Of a stretch of 64,000 nt of DNA, positions 14,291-28,580 are shown one piece after another. The DNA is from Octopus vulgaris (lineage: Eukaryota), in contig OX597833.1 in assembly GCA_951406725.2 (NCBI GenBank), forward strand, positions 34,844,001 through 34,908,000, given 5' to 3'. Below the pieces are notes generated by a model. It searched no databases, was not told the DNA's origin, and saw nothing but the letters and a program-made list of their open reading frames with translations. The first letter of the stretch is position 1, and every line of letters starts with the position of its first letter. Both the position numbers and the translations under genes were made by a program.

Positions 14291-14810
14291 CAGGAAGAGA
14301 GGACGGATGTTTTTGAAAAATTCATAAAATTATTAATTTTTGCCGCAAACAAATTTTATTGACATCAATGTATTTGTATTGAATTAGCATTTGTCATAAT
14401 TAAGTGTGGAAAGCAACATCCATCATGTGGTGTCTGTTTTCATTGATGCATTTCTGAAGGCGTTCTTGGAAGTTGGCCTTCACTCTCTCCAGCATTGCTC
14501 TGTGCTTAGTTCCATGGTTTAAGCAGTTGCCTAATGACCAATTTGTACGAGTGGAAATTCAGGTCTTCATGCCATGTTCAGTGAAATGCCTTTGAGCAGA
14601 GAGATTCAGACTCTGTATCAAAGCTTGTCTGACGCGTAACTATCGTAGGCAAACACGAGATGCTCAATCGTCCACAATGCTATGGCTTGACTTGAAAAGA
14701 AAAAAAATAGTAAGACACCACGTACCGAATGGTATCTATCAGACATATGTCCCTCCCACTGGGGCTGAGTAATAGCCATTTCAAAAACGTTCATCCTCTG
14801 CCCCACCCTG
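14291..14810 (-). mobile_element. Internally deleted Tc1/mariner element (DD41D/DUF4817-like)
   Basis: TIRs CAGG..GAGGA..TTTTTGAA at both ends with TA TSDs; N-term WTIEHLVFAYDSY and C-term NFQERLQKCINEN. Confidence 0.75.
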
Positions 14811-14824
14811 TACATAACCCTGTA

Positions 14825-16310
14825 TATCTTTTATGTCCTTATTCCAGTGTGTAGAGCCTTACTTCTTTCAGCCTCTCCCGGTGGCTCATCTGTTGCATTG
14901 CAGTAATTATTTGCATGAAATAACTTTGGGTTGCCTCAAGTTCTGCTGCTAGTTTGACTCTATGTAGCAACCATAATTAAGAGCTTAAGAACAAATATTC
15001 TCCAAAGGACCAGCATGGTTTTCTAGTCTCTGTTATTGTGAATGATATAAAACTCCAACCAGCCAATTACCACCATATAGTTGCCATCTTAATATGCACA
15101 TGGAATGATGCATCATTACTTATTTTGAATCCCTGACAACATACCGATTATGACTCCAAGATAACAATCCTCACTTCACCGGTCATATGTATGCCGACTG
15201 ATATCTGTTTATGGGCTGATAGCCGAGTGCTTGAAATCACCCAGTATAGAACAGCATGTTGCTTTCTTCGGTTCAGATGTATATTCTGTTTAGGTCTCAT
15301 TGTTGGTGATACTTTTGTCTCGTTAGCATAGCTGGTCAAGAAACGGCAGTGGCCCCAGAATAGCTCCATGAGAAAAACTCCGCTTAGAATTAATATCCCT
15401 TCTGAGGGGGAATCGTTGGTTGCAAATATATTACTTCTACGTTTTAAAAAGACAAGTAGCTACTTCTCTAGTTTTCCAACTCTGTCGTAATCACGAAGTT
15501 GTGACCTATTCTATGATCAATTTTAACGAAAGCCTTCTCAAAATCGACACATACTTCATGTTTGATGCAGTAGGAGCTGTGTGAAACAGCTCTTGATGAA
15601 TCTGTGTCATGTGTTTGTGATCAAGTCTTCAACGAACGTAATCAGCTTCTGTTTGACAAGCCGTTGCATGATTTGACTGATGGGTGAGACCAGAGAGATA
15701 AGTTTGTAGTTTTAAGCATTTGCTCAGCTTCCTCCTTTAGGGATGTGGTTTATTATAATTTATTTGAACTTACTGAGAAATTTACCACGGTTTTGCCAGA
15801 GCCTTCTTGCAAGGATTTAAGAGAACTGCTAGGATGCCACCAGAGCCTATAGCCAACAGTTAGCATCACATCCCTCTCTTTTTATGCTTATGTAATCGAT
15901 GGTTGTGACATCCATATGTAAGGCTGTTCTCTTGAACTCTTCTGGCTTGTTTGCATATCTCTCAGCGAAGAAGAGAAAACACTTTCTTCAGTATTTCATT
16001 TATCCTTTCGGGCTCTGCAGTCAATGAGCTACTTCCTTCGAACAATAACCTTATTTTGTAATATACCGAAGCTGATTCTCTTGCAAATTTACAAAAAGCC
16101 TTCATTTATATATTTTCTACAGCCCTGGTTTTCGTTCTTCCCTTACTCCTTCGTGAGAGTCCGAGTTTCCCTTCAGTTGCTAAAAGTGTCCTTTTCTAGG
16201 TATGATTCCTCGCTGTCCTCAAGTTGTTTATTTAAGCCATTCAAGATCTTCATTTTACGCTTCATGAGGACTTTCCTGTCTCAGGGACAAATTTAATGCA
16301 TATGGCTTGC
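14825..16310 (-). mobile_element. CR1/Jockey-group LINE reverse transcriptase remnant
   Basis: DFEKAF, LTSYANETK (YADDTK) and MSHRERLKEVRLYTLE motifs occur in order, with stops and frameshifts. Confidence 0.7.
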
Positions 16311-16324
16311 GTTACTGACATATC

Positions 16325-16665
<341 letters not shown>

Positions 16666-17157
16666 TAAAAAAGTTTAATTTCATTGTCTTTCATAGAGAG
16701 TTTTGGGTCAATTCTGCCCCAGAGTCTCTTTTTGAATCCAGTTCCAATTTACTTTGTAGAAATTTAGGATAAATACGGTTCGGGTCTTTGAGCTCTGTTT
16801 CAATACCAAATAATAATACTGTGGATCATATATTATTAGTTCTATTATACTGTAATCTGAGAAAAACGTTGGTACATTCTGGTTGACTTCTACCTTGTTT
16901 ACAAAGCAAAGAACCAAAACGTCTTAATCTCTGACTAAGTAGACTATTAATTGTTCCATGAAGAAAATTTTAGAGATCAAGTAAAAATCCTGCTTGTCTG
17001 TTAATGATGCCTTCGGACTATTGATGTTAGAGATACTGAAGTTGTAGTGGGCTGCATGTTACCAGTAGTACTTTTGAGCGACCTGACATACATACATACA
17101 TACATACATACATACATACATACATACATACATACATACATACATACATACATACAT

Positions 17158-19085
17158 AGGTCCATACAGTTATCACTGTCAACTACTAAAGCAACACCTA
17201 TTGTTACAAACAGAATTAAGCAATCAACAGTCATATTCCAGGGTGATAGTTTATCTGTAATGTTGTTTGTACTGGCATTGAATCCTTTGTCAGCTTTGTT
17301 AACAAAATGTCAAGGCTACATGCTGAGATATGATGAAAAAAATAAAATTAAAGTTACACATTTTTTGCTGATGACCTAAAATTATATTCTGGTAAGATGA
17401 CCAACACCAAGAAGCAATTAGAAGTAGTCACAACTAGTAGAACTAATCAAGAGACAATTAGAACTAGTCACGAGATATAGGAATGGAGTTTGGACATGAT
17501 AGTCAACCAAAGAAAGATTGTCGACCAGGCAGAGAACATATACATTAACGGTTTGTCTATCTTCCCTATTTCTAATTATGAAAGCTACAATTACCTCAGA
17601 ATCGATGAGAATGTTCCATACATTGGTGACTGAAGCCAGAATTACAAAAGAGTACTTCTTTAGACTCTGGAAAATATGGAACTCAGAGCTGTCTGCATTT
17701 AACAAGACCATATCTCACACTGCTTTTGCAGTATCAGTGCTAGTGCCAACATTTGAGATATTCGACTGGACATTCGATGAGATACGCAGCTTGGACATCA
17801 AAACCAGAAAAGTACTGACCACTACTGGCAACTTCCACATTAACTATGGCACCAATAGGATTTATGTGAGACGAAGTGATGGCGGTAGAGGCGTAAGGTG
17901 AGTCCAAACAGCCTTTGAATGCTGTAATGTATCACCCAGACAACACAGTAAAGAAAAAAATTTAGTACATTCCATGCATCTGGAGAATCACTATTGTGCC
18001 GTTACTCTGAGAATACAACTGTCTCATGCAACCCAAAGAAGGCTGACTGACCTACCTAAACAAAAAATTGGAGGAGAAGCAGGCACGATGCCAACAAAAA
18101 GTAATGCGTGGGTACATATCCCGTAAGCTAGAGGGTAACAACAACATTGACAGGAAGTGTAGCCTCTCCTGAACATGCGATACATCCCACCAAGAAGGTT
18201 ATGCCTTCGCTATCCAGGAACAGGCGATAGCTATTAAATATCTGATAAACAAAAGGGACAAAAATATCACCAAGCCTCCACGTTGTGATAAAAAATGTCG
18301 GTTCTGCTATACCAGTGTGGAAAATATCACTCACATCATCGGAAGCTGTCCCAAAATGTCTACGAGATACTACCTGTCCCTGAGGCATGATATAGTTGCA
18401 AAGACTATTTACAATGCTATTCGTTGGAAGGACTGCCCTGACATATACATCAAACGCATTTCAGAACCAGCAGTATTCATACCTTTAAAAACAAGGAATA
18501 CTTCTGGAACACCCCAATAAAAACATCAATTGGGTGCAAACAAAACAGACCTGATATTGTTCTATGGGACAAGAACGGAAGTCATGCGCTGTTATAGAGG
18601 TCAGCTGCCCAGCAAATGTGAATGCACAGCCAAAAGTTCTGGTGAAAGAGAGCAAGAGTATTTATGGCACATTAATGCCGAACTTACAGCTCTTGCACCC
18701 TGACTATGAATTCTCATTTATACTTATCATCATAGGCGTATTAAGTTACATACCGACAAACTTGCACAAAAACCTAGAAACACTTGGTTTTATAGAAAAA
18801 AGAGCAAAAGAAACTGATGCGGATTCTGCAAATCCAACCTATTAGTGGCACAACGGAAATTTGTAAGACATTCCAGTAATTCTCCATGTGAGATTCTTAT
18901 GTGAATAGATGCACACACTTTGGTGTATGCATCGACAGTTCAACCAACGCACCAATTCAACCACGTGTTTACAAACACCGGGAAGTCTCATAACTAAAAA
19001 AAAGGTCTTGTTGCTTTGCTAGCAACCGGCTTGAACTTTCTCAAGAAAAACCTAAATTATACTCAAAGAAAGAAACACACAAACA
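17158..19085 (+). mobile_element. 5'-truncated R4/Dong-like non-LTR retrotransposon (RT, CCHC knuckle, REL endonuclease), pseudogenised
   Basis: IFQGDSLSVMLFVLALNPLS; degenerate (F)ADDLK; CRFCYTSVENITHIIGSC; RHD; RPDIVLWD...IEVSCP. Flanked by (TACA)n on both sides. Confidence 0.9.
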
Positions 19086-19845
19086 TACATACATACACAC
19101 ACCTGGATATGCCGTCAGTGATGTTATCTGGAGTTATTGGGTGTTTCATGTCTTTCAACAGTCAGACACCTTCATCTAAGTGACCCAATCATAGTCGATC
19201 AGGCTCCAGCTTACGTTAAGTTAGCTGACACCTGATTTGTAATTGCTGTCTCCATAGTCTAACTGATGATCTTCTGTTTACTGAGTCCTTGTGATGCTCA
19301 GCACGTTGTAACCTCAGTAGAGGGGCTGACGCGCGAACACTCAGAATCCTTTCTCAGTGGGGTCACACCTTGCTCGTAAGTAGTTATTTCGTTATCACAG
19401 TTCAGTATATATTATTCTCTTCCTAGCGTTTGTCTCCTCAGTACGGTACTCCAAGAGATTGCAGTATTCTAATAGTACCACTTGGATGGAATCTTCCGAG
19501 ATCATCGCTGTGTCTGAGCTTAGCGATGTTGAGGCGGTCAGTTTCTGGAAGTGTCAGCAACTGTCTCAGTCTCCTTTCAAATTCCAGTTTTGCACTGTTA
19601 CTTGCAGGTCTGGGGACATGGTCTAAGCAGATGACGCCATCTTTACACCATGTTTGACAAAAGCAATAATTGTTTTTCGTTTGGCAAAGATGCTTGGGAT
19701 AAACAATTTTTGGATAACAACAGAAAATGTAACTACAAAGAATAGAGAATAAGGCGATGATATTACAGAACAAAATGATACGGACAAGAAGCACGTTGTT
19801 ATCTCCCTTCAGTAACTTGACTAGTTCATTTTTTGTAATGAATAA

Positions 19846-19908
<63 letters not shown>

Positions 19909-20479
19909 CACACGCACACGCGTGCACATACACTTATGCACATATAGTTCGACTTCATGCAGCTTACCATCATTGTGCTCTGTGTCAGTAGCAAAGATAG
20001 CGATGTCACCGGTCTTCTTGGTTTACTTCATACCATAAATGATTGTTTTGACGGCGCTGCTGTATTCAACATAATTTACGACGTAAGTTTTCAGAAGCTT
20101 GTACACCAATTTGATGTGTGGGACAAGCGATAGCTTGTCGAAAAATACCTTCTCTCCTTAAAATGATGGGGCAGTTGTCTCACATTCATCTTCGTGCGAT
20201 AGACAGTTATCCGTTATTGTTCGTCTGAGTATGCAGAAGAAATACTCTCAGATACCTTCCGTGTATTTTTAAAATTTTACATGCGGAATGTAGCGGAATT
20301 GTTGATTTCGCATCCACTATATTTGAATTTAGCCTAGTTTGTTTTAGAAAACTCTTGATCGGCAACTTCAAGGGGTAGCTCAGTTGAAATGATTTTGTAA
20401 TCATTATCTACTTTTATCTTTCCCGTGCACAAAATCAGTTGTGAGACCGAGGAACTTCTCTCTTCTTCCATCTATCCGG

Positions 20480-21606
20480 GTTTTGCATTCTAAGTAAATA
20501 TTCCTACCTTGACAATGATGACACGTTTTTACAGTATGAGAGCGGGATGGAAGATTCAAAACGAATACTAATATTTGCAAGTGACGAAGCACTTGGACAG
20601 TTAAAACAATACAAAAACTGGGTGGCGGATGGATCATTTAAGTGCTGCTCTAGTATATTTTTTCAGTTATATATACTTCACATTCAAATTGATAATTTTA
20701 ATGCCCCACGATTGTTCGCATTGCTCTCTGTCAAAAGTCAAGACACATAGTAGACTTTTTGGCAAAATAAAATGAATTATTACAGAATGAGGGACCTGAT
20801 AATATAATTATGGACTTCGAAAAAGCAGCTCATAACAGATATCTGGGTCGAATTTGGCATGTTGTGCAAGAAGGACTAAAATGCGGATGTCACGAAGATG
20901 ACTGTTTCAGTCTAAAAATGCGGTGTTTTGTTGCCCTTGCCTTCCTGCCAGTTGATGATATTGTAGATGGATATAGGCAACTTGACGATGATGATGATGA
21001 TTCCACAGTCAATTGTATCCTATTTTGAAAATAATTATATAGGACCACCTAGGGGAAGAAGACAGAGGAGGCACCGCCCTTGAATCTTCATTTCTATTAC
21101 CTATATGGAATGTTTGGGATCAATGTATGACGGGGATTGCTCATATTACAAATAGTTTAGAAGCCTGCCGCAGCGCGCTGAAAAACACAGTGAACGTTAG
21201 TCATCCAAATATTTGAAAACTTATTGATGTGATTAAATGTGTGGAAAAGTTTGCCAGTACCAAATTGCAGAAGTTTATGCAAGGAGAAGAACCAAGCCAA
21301 AAGAAAAAAAATACAGAGATATGAATCTGCGTATAAAAAATGCCATGGAAAAATATTATTCAAGCCAAAAAATTGTTTTTCTAAAAGCAATTGCACACCA
21401 TCTTAAATTTTAAGAAAAGATAAATATGTAATCCAGTAAACCTTAAAATAAACGTTTTTTAATTCAGATATTCGTGATTCCATTTTACCTATGATCTCGA
21501 CAAATTGACTGACGACGAATTGACCTGGGGACGAATCAACTAACGACGAATTGACTGGGGACAAATTAAATGACGACGAATTGATGTCGATGAATTGACC
21601 GGGCAC
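20480..21606 (+). mobile_element. Mutator/MULE transposase remnant with repeat-rich right terminus
   Basis: RILIFASDEAL...WVADGSFK...FFQLYILH, MDFEKAA, ALAFLPVDDI, TNSLEA...SHPNI; 15-bp GACGAATTGAC repeats at 21499-21601. Confidence 0.85.
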
Positions 21607-23165
21607 TTCATCATTGACAGGGTACTGTATCATTGTTCATGTTCTACACCCGGACATCTGACTGTTTAGAAGACGATTTTGCGATTCGAAGAGTTGTTCA
21701 TATCCTCCAGTGTATATTTGAAGATATTGATGTACATGTGCTGTTGTTTTAGCATTTCCTTTCTTTTTATGCAATGTACGACTGTAGTCCTTCGTGGGTA
21801 TTAGCGTAACCTTGTTGTCCCTATTTTTCATTGCTGACATAAGATAAACCTGCACGAATATGCGAGATTCCTTAGTGGTAACACCCTTCCTGAGTTTTAT
21901 ACGTTATAAAGTATTAAAAATCTTTTAATGTTCTTGACAGCTCGTTCTGGAAGTGTATATCGTGTGTATCCAGGAGAAATTGATTCTTGTTTGGAAGTCG
22001 ACTTTGCCTCCTGGGCATCAAAGACCTAATGCTTCTGCAGATACTTCATGGCATTACAGTAATGACACTATGTATTCGTTTTCCCAATGGTGAAAACTGG
22101 GTTGCTATCGAAGTCCTTTTAGGGTGTCCCCTTCTCAAAATCCATCGACCAGTTCATATTTCTTGTGAGTCGTGCTTCTGCTGGGTCTGTACAATGGTGT
22201 TCTTGATCCTCACGTTACCTAATTTGTCACTTTTCCTTTGCAATTCTCTCCTAGAATCAGTTCTGTGTTTTAACACTCCTCTAATTTATAGCCTGATGCA
22301 AAACAACTTGAATCCTGGCAGGAGCTGCACAGGCCAGTCGAGCCTGCTCGCTTTTTAAGGATCTCTTTGCTCTCTTTCTCTTAACCTTTGAAGACGATCT
22401 TCATATGACGTTCTTGACGACTTCAGAAGCATTTTGATATGATATACATCTGCGCTCCTACCGAAGCTGAAGACGATTGGATCTCTTTATATGTTCTTGC
22501 AACTCAAAATAGATAGATATCTCATGGAGGGCAACCAGAAGCAAGTCTATCAGAAAATCATGCAAATGATTGAAAATGACCTGGAAGCACTCTTCTTCAT
22601 TGATGCTTACTAGTGGCAGCATAAAACATCGCTTACGAATCTCTTGATTGCAAAAGACCGTCAAAGCAGTACATTGCTCTTACTGTTCCGCCAGGTGACG
22701 TTGCAGCAACGCTTCTGGGCGGAGGAAGAACAGTACATTCCATATGAATTTAACAAATATTCAGTTAATTCACTTGCGATAATACACGATTATCATGGAA
22801 TAAAGTCAAGCAACTGGTGTCTCATATTTAGGTTAAATCAGTGTTTCTCAAAGGGGAGGCCTATGGGACGGTCGGACAAGTTGTTTTGAGAAAATTTGGT
22901 TTAGATGTTTGACAACTCAGCACCGTCCATTGGACGGGGAGCGTTTTGCTCGTATCTACATAAATACATAAATGTATGTGTCGGGTGGTGAGTGGTTGTG
23001 TGAGTTTGGGTGGGTGTGTGTGAAAATTACATGTAAGAGCTAACGCACTAAGAGAAGATCCTGTTTTTGTTAACCCTATTTATTGACCGAATTCATCAGC
23101 TAGGTTTGAAAGGAGCGGTCAAAAAGCAGTTTATAACACAAAGCAAATACAACGTAGCCATCAAT

Positions 23166-23263
<98 letters not shown>

Positions 23264-24060
23264 GTGTGTGTGTGTATAATCTCACGATTATACACACACA
23301 CACAGCCCTTTTCAGATACCTGTCGTATTCTGTAACGCTCTCCGCATTTCAAACGAGATCCCTAACTACGGGGCATAACTTGTTTTAATTTCTTTGTCCA
23401 TATCAGAGAGATACTCTCTGATCAGTTACTCTTCTACTTGTGGTGTCGCTTTCTAGTTCAGCTTGAACATGCGAATATATAGTTTGACTCATTCGGGAAT
23501 TGAACTCTCGCTTACAAACGCAACTACTAAACCTAACACCAAAATATATTGGGCAATTAGATTATTGAAATTAGGAGTTTTAAACTTAAACTTTTTGTAG
23601 TCGTAGGTTTAACTCTGTCATGCAGTATTTCTGCAATAGCGGGAATAGGTTAAACGTCATCTCTGCTTGATTCTTAATAAAACACACAGAAAAAAGGATG
23701 CAGCCGATGCTGCCCATTAATTTGACTGCAATCGTTACTCTTGAGTATATGCAACTATTTATTTTTTGCTCAAGAAAGAACCCAGGTGGAGGGTAAAGTT
23801 AGACACAAGTAACTAGGTCTGAGAGGGTTAGTGTTCTTTCTTTATAAAGACGGTCATATAGTGTCAATCTCTCTGCTAGGCCTACTGAAGAGGTTATCAA
23901 AGCCTAGAAATGGGTTGAATCTTTCAGTCATTTTATCTTTTAATATTGTTCCCTATCTATTTATCTTAACTTTCTCCAGCATGGATGTTGACTTTAGTTT
24001 TTCTTTCTTTAGCAATAAGCATTTTTCGATTTGGTTGTCACCAGTGTAACGAAGACATAC

Positions 24061-24298
24061 CTTGACTGAGTTGAATGATGTACAAGAAGCCTGTGTGATG
24101 TTCTAAATGTAAACAAATGTTATTTATCTTGAACAAAACGCTGTATCATCATCACTACAAATGACAGTAAAGATATTTACTTCAAGTTAAATAGTCCAAC
24201 TCTTTGTATGAAATGTAGTTTGGAGTTCACTGTGTTGCAAGTATTCGGAGCAGGTCATCAGGTGATGATAATTCCCTCTTCTCACTAGTTCAGAGACC
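24061..24298 (-). other. Candidate spliced exon, apparently non-coding or UTR
   Basis: Minus-strand acceptor TTTTTGCATTTTTTTTCAG|G and donor AAG|GTATGT, in repeat-free sequence; all three frames contain stops. Confidence 0.35.
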
Positions 24299-26339
24299 CT
24301 GAAAAAAAATGCAAAAAACAGGAACAAAAGATTATAGGCATTACCCTTCCCTCCCTGATTAAGGATAAAAAAGAAAAAAAATCTTAGTCAAAAGCTGAAA
24401 CCAATTGCTGGCTTTTTGCTAACTTAATACATTTTTATATGAAATCATTAAGTATAGAATACGTAAAACAATTGCATTGCACCACTGTCCTTTACTGAAC
24501 ATTGTAAGTATTAGCATTTATTTGGAAAATACAGTTTAAAAAAAACTATCAAAATTTAAATATAATAAAACCTATATTTATGTAAACTTACTGTACATAG
24601 ATTACATTGTAAACATCAGTCTCAGGCTGATATCATGGTAACTAAAAATTCATCTAAATGAACATATAAATACTTGTGGATAGAAAGTCTCATATTTAGA
24701 AGCATAGATTATGCACTCTTCGTTATCCACACGATTAGTAAACTCAAGCTTTTCTTTTTAAAATTTTAGTCACAGTTTTTTTCTTGCCTGTTAAATATGC
24801 ATTGAATGGTGCTTAATGTATTTCAGTGAGTTATAATGATTTTAAGGTTACATACCATGGTGATATATGTGTTTAGCACACATAAAAAAAATTTCTGCAA
24901 AGCAATATAAAACTAGATTTAGTATTACATAAGCATGAGGCAAAATATATTTTATTAACACAGAAAAGAGCAGTTATCTATTGATTAACTATAAGTAATA
25001 ATATTGATTTTGAATATTACGCATCTAAACAATAATATAATTATTTTTGAGATAAATTCAGCTACACGGTAACTGAAAATTTTTTAAAGTCCTTAATACG
25101 ATAAAATAAATTCTTACAAATATAAATTCAATTTACTTACTGCTTATTGATTACAATATTATACAGCATCAATCATAATGGGTTAGCATCGTGTAAGTCT
25201 TGATATGAAATTATAAAGACAACACTACTTTTGAAGATAAGAATATGAAATAATTCATAAACAGGTTGTACAACATGCCGACAACTTACTGATTCTGGGT
25301 ATAAATGGAAGAACTGTATTGCATAATTAATAGTTAAAGTAACATTCATGACTGAGGTTAAGACTAGAAAGGAAATTCTAGTGTGTTCCTGTGAAAATCA
25401 CAAAAATAAGTAAGATGTTTAATGACATAAATTTTCTGTTTCTTGCACTTTAGAAGACTTATCATGGAGTAAAAACTACAAATGCCTGGGTTTTGTCCGA
25501 ATATATCAGTCATCTTTTGAAAAAGCCCATATTTGTTTTAGACCCTTTTCAAATACTTTAGTCTATTTGAATAGCATTCTCAAAGCTTAACAAATTTTAA
25601 AAGTCTTTAAGCGAAGTTGCTCAAATGTAAATCTAGCTTGCCAAAGTGTTTTTTTTTTTTTGGTGCAGTGGCATCACAGTTGTCTGATCTGCAGTAGACA
25701 CGTGGGTTGATTCCAGTGGTTGACACGAATAAAAAATACGATGATCAACCGAAGAATTTGCCAAATAATTTTATAGCACTGTCATCTCTTGTTTCAACGC
25801 AAAGACTATCAAGGTTTCATATATTTCCAGATGTGCAAAACCATCTCATGAATACTACATACTAAAATGGTCGACAGTATAGAAAGTTATATTTTCACCC
25901 CGATTTTCCTCTAACTAGTCGTCTCACAGTACTTTGAGATTGACACATACGCTCTTTTCTGGTCTGCTTCTGATGGCGATAAATTTTGTTGCGTCTACTT
26001 GAACATCTTTTGCAAATTGCTTGATATATAATTCATTCTACTTTTTATTATTATTTTTTTGTCTAATGGGATTTTACCCGATGTTTTACAACCTATTATT
26101 TACGGCTAGACTTGCATTTGAGAAACTTTGTAAAAATAACTTATTTTGTAATAAGCTTGTGTTTTAGAGTCCAACGTATTTTGCATAGTTATGGCACACT
26201 CAGAATAGGACATCTGTTTTCGTGTGTTCAAAAAAGGAAGTCAAAATAAAGAAAATCTAATGATAGCTTTGACAGTAAATTTACTAATTACCTATTTAGG
26301 TCAGAATTCTTAATCTCTCTACGAATAGCTTCTCGAATG

Positions 26340-26650
26340 GCGGTGGTATTTGTCCCACTGAGATGTGGTAGTTTTAGTCAGGAAGTTGGCATTCTAGTGG
26401 CTGTTGCTCTGTTTTACGTCGTTGACCTTGTTGGAGATGAGTGGAAGATGTGGAGTATCCATTTAGTTTGAAATGTGTCGATCGGTCGCTTTGTTGCATC
26501 TGTTACGAATGCGAGTAAGTTCATTTTGCATGTTGTTGTGCTTGGTATAGTGGTGAGGAGCTGATATAAAGTACACCAACATGTCTCCGCAGGCCGTTTT
26601 TGTATGTAGAAACGTGTGGTGATTTCCTCTCTTTCCGAAATAACATCAAC
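26340..26650 (-). mobile_element. Penelope-like RT thumb remnant
   Basis: Broken translation ...TKHNNMQNELTRIRNRCN...FKLNGY, resembling the Penelope RI.R.C...NGYP segment. Confidence 0.5.
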
Positions 26651-27452
26651 TAGTAGAAGAGTCTCTGTTTCATCAGGGTGTTTAATAGTGGATCAAAGCA
26701 TTTATCAATATTGTTGAATGCATCAAAGGTAGAATTCACTTTAGTACGGGAGTATGTGAGAATGAGTATGACACTGCAGATGTTGAACGATCAACCTTCC
26801 AAAACATACTATAACAAGTAACAACTCCTACATCCACTCGCACAAATTTATCATGCTGCAGAATTTAGTACCACAGCTATTGTCACCTTTTCACCTATTC
26901 CTCTTAATTCTTGCACATTCTCAACTCATCACTAGAACACACTTCATCACACTTAATAACATAGTTCAGATAACCCATTTTGAATTAAGAAAACGTCATG
27001 AAACCATACGTTCTAACTTTACAATTGAAGTTCGTCAATTGTCCAGTAACTTTTCCAAGAACTCCTTCACACAAGTATACTAATTTTTCAAGCCACGACT
27101 CTAGCTACTGTTGTCCATGCCACACCATACTATCTACTGCTACTGATACTACCAATCCATCTTAACCTACCTCAGCTATAAAGAACAGCACATTTTCCGA
27201 ACTCTGCTTATTTTCTTTTATATATTTGAAAAAGTGAAGCTTCCCCGAAATATTAAAGGATCATTAAACAACCTATGTAAGGTAATACAATACCTTTTCT
27301 TTTTATTTTCAGTTATTGACATCACCTTACATATTTTGCCTACGCTCTCATTGCTCAAAGGTTTTTAAACACATGCTCACATAAAAATGAATCTATCTAT
27401 CAAAAAACATGCACTCACATATATATAAACAAAACTATTCACAAACATACGT

Positions 27453-27493
<41 letters not shown>

Positions 27494-28365
27494 GGCCTAT
27501 ACACACATGTAAAAAATACATACATATACATACGTATGTTTATATACACATACTTATACATGTATGCATAAACTGGTTCACAGATGTGTACTATGTTTCA
27601 AATTTCCTTTCACTAGTCTCCATACTTAGAAAGGTCACAATGTACATACCGAAAAAAAACAAAACAAAATTGGAGAGTCGGTTCATAAATTATTTAACTT
27701 CATCATCATACATGTGTTACTGTGAATGTAATGACCGAATTATGCAATTTGGGCCAGGTAGATTTTTCTAGGTCTTACTTTGTCAGAGATTCATAGCGAA
27801 TCGGTATGAGAATCTCTGACAAAGTGAAGATTAGAGAACATACCCAGCCTGGATTGCATGATTCGGTCATTATTTTTACTGAAATATGTGTTAGATGATG
27901 CAATTAAATAATTTATAAATTTATCGGTAATTTTGCCGATAAATTTGCAGGGATGTAAATACTCTAAGTTGCAGGGATGTAAATACTCCAACACTGGTTG
28001 TCAAGCGGTGGTGGGACACACACAAACACGTCTACCAAAACCCACCGACAAAGCTTTGGTCAGTCGGAGGTTATAGTAGTAGACATTTACCTGAGGTACT
28101 ACGCAGTAGGACTGAACCCGGAACCATGTAGTTGGAAAGCAAGCTTCTTGCCACACAGCCACATGCGAATTCTTCACTATGCCCTGTTTTGAACCTCTTA
28201 TCATGAAAACAGAGTGATTTTCCTTATGAAAATATTGTGTAAATAAAGGTAGTACAAATGAATGGAATAAAATGATACTGGGAAGAAATATTGGTGGACT
28301 TGGTCATAAAAAGTTCGGTTCTTGTTTATGAACACAATAGCTGTAACAATGTACAAAGGACTGCA

Positions 28366-28580
28366 GGCGGCGAGCTGGCAGAATTGTTAGCATTCCGGAC
28401 AAAATGCTTAGCGGCATTTCGTCTGTCTTAACGCTTATGAGTTCAAATTCTGCCGAGGTCGACTTTGCTTTTCATCATTTCGGGGACGATAAAATAAGTA
28501 CCAGTTGATCACAGGGATCGATGTAATCGACTTAACCGCTCTCCCGAACTTGTTGGCTTTGTGTCAAAATTTGAAACCAA
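28366..28580 (+). mobile_element. SINE family B
   Basis: Full head and central domain. Confidence 0.85.

Noticed and set aside
21499-21606. CRISPR-like periodic repeat
   Set aside because: 15-bp period with no unique spacers, no cas genes and a eukaryotic transposon context.
27210-27260. Hammerhead-like ...GAAATATTAAAG
   Set aside because: The core box is not recognisable and the motif is too decayed to call.
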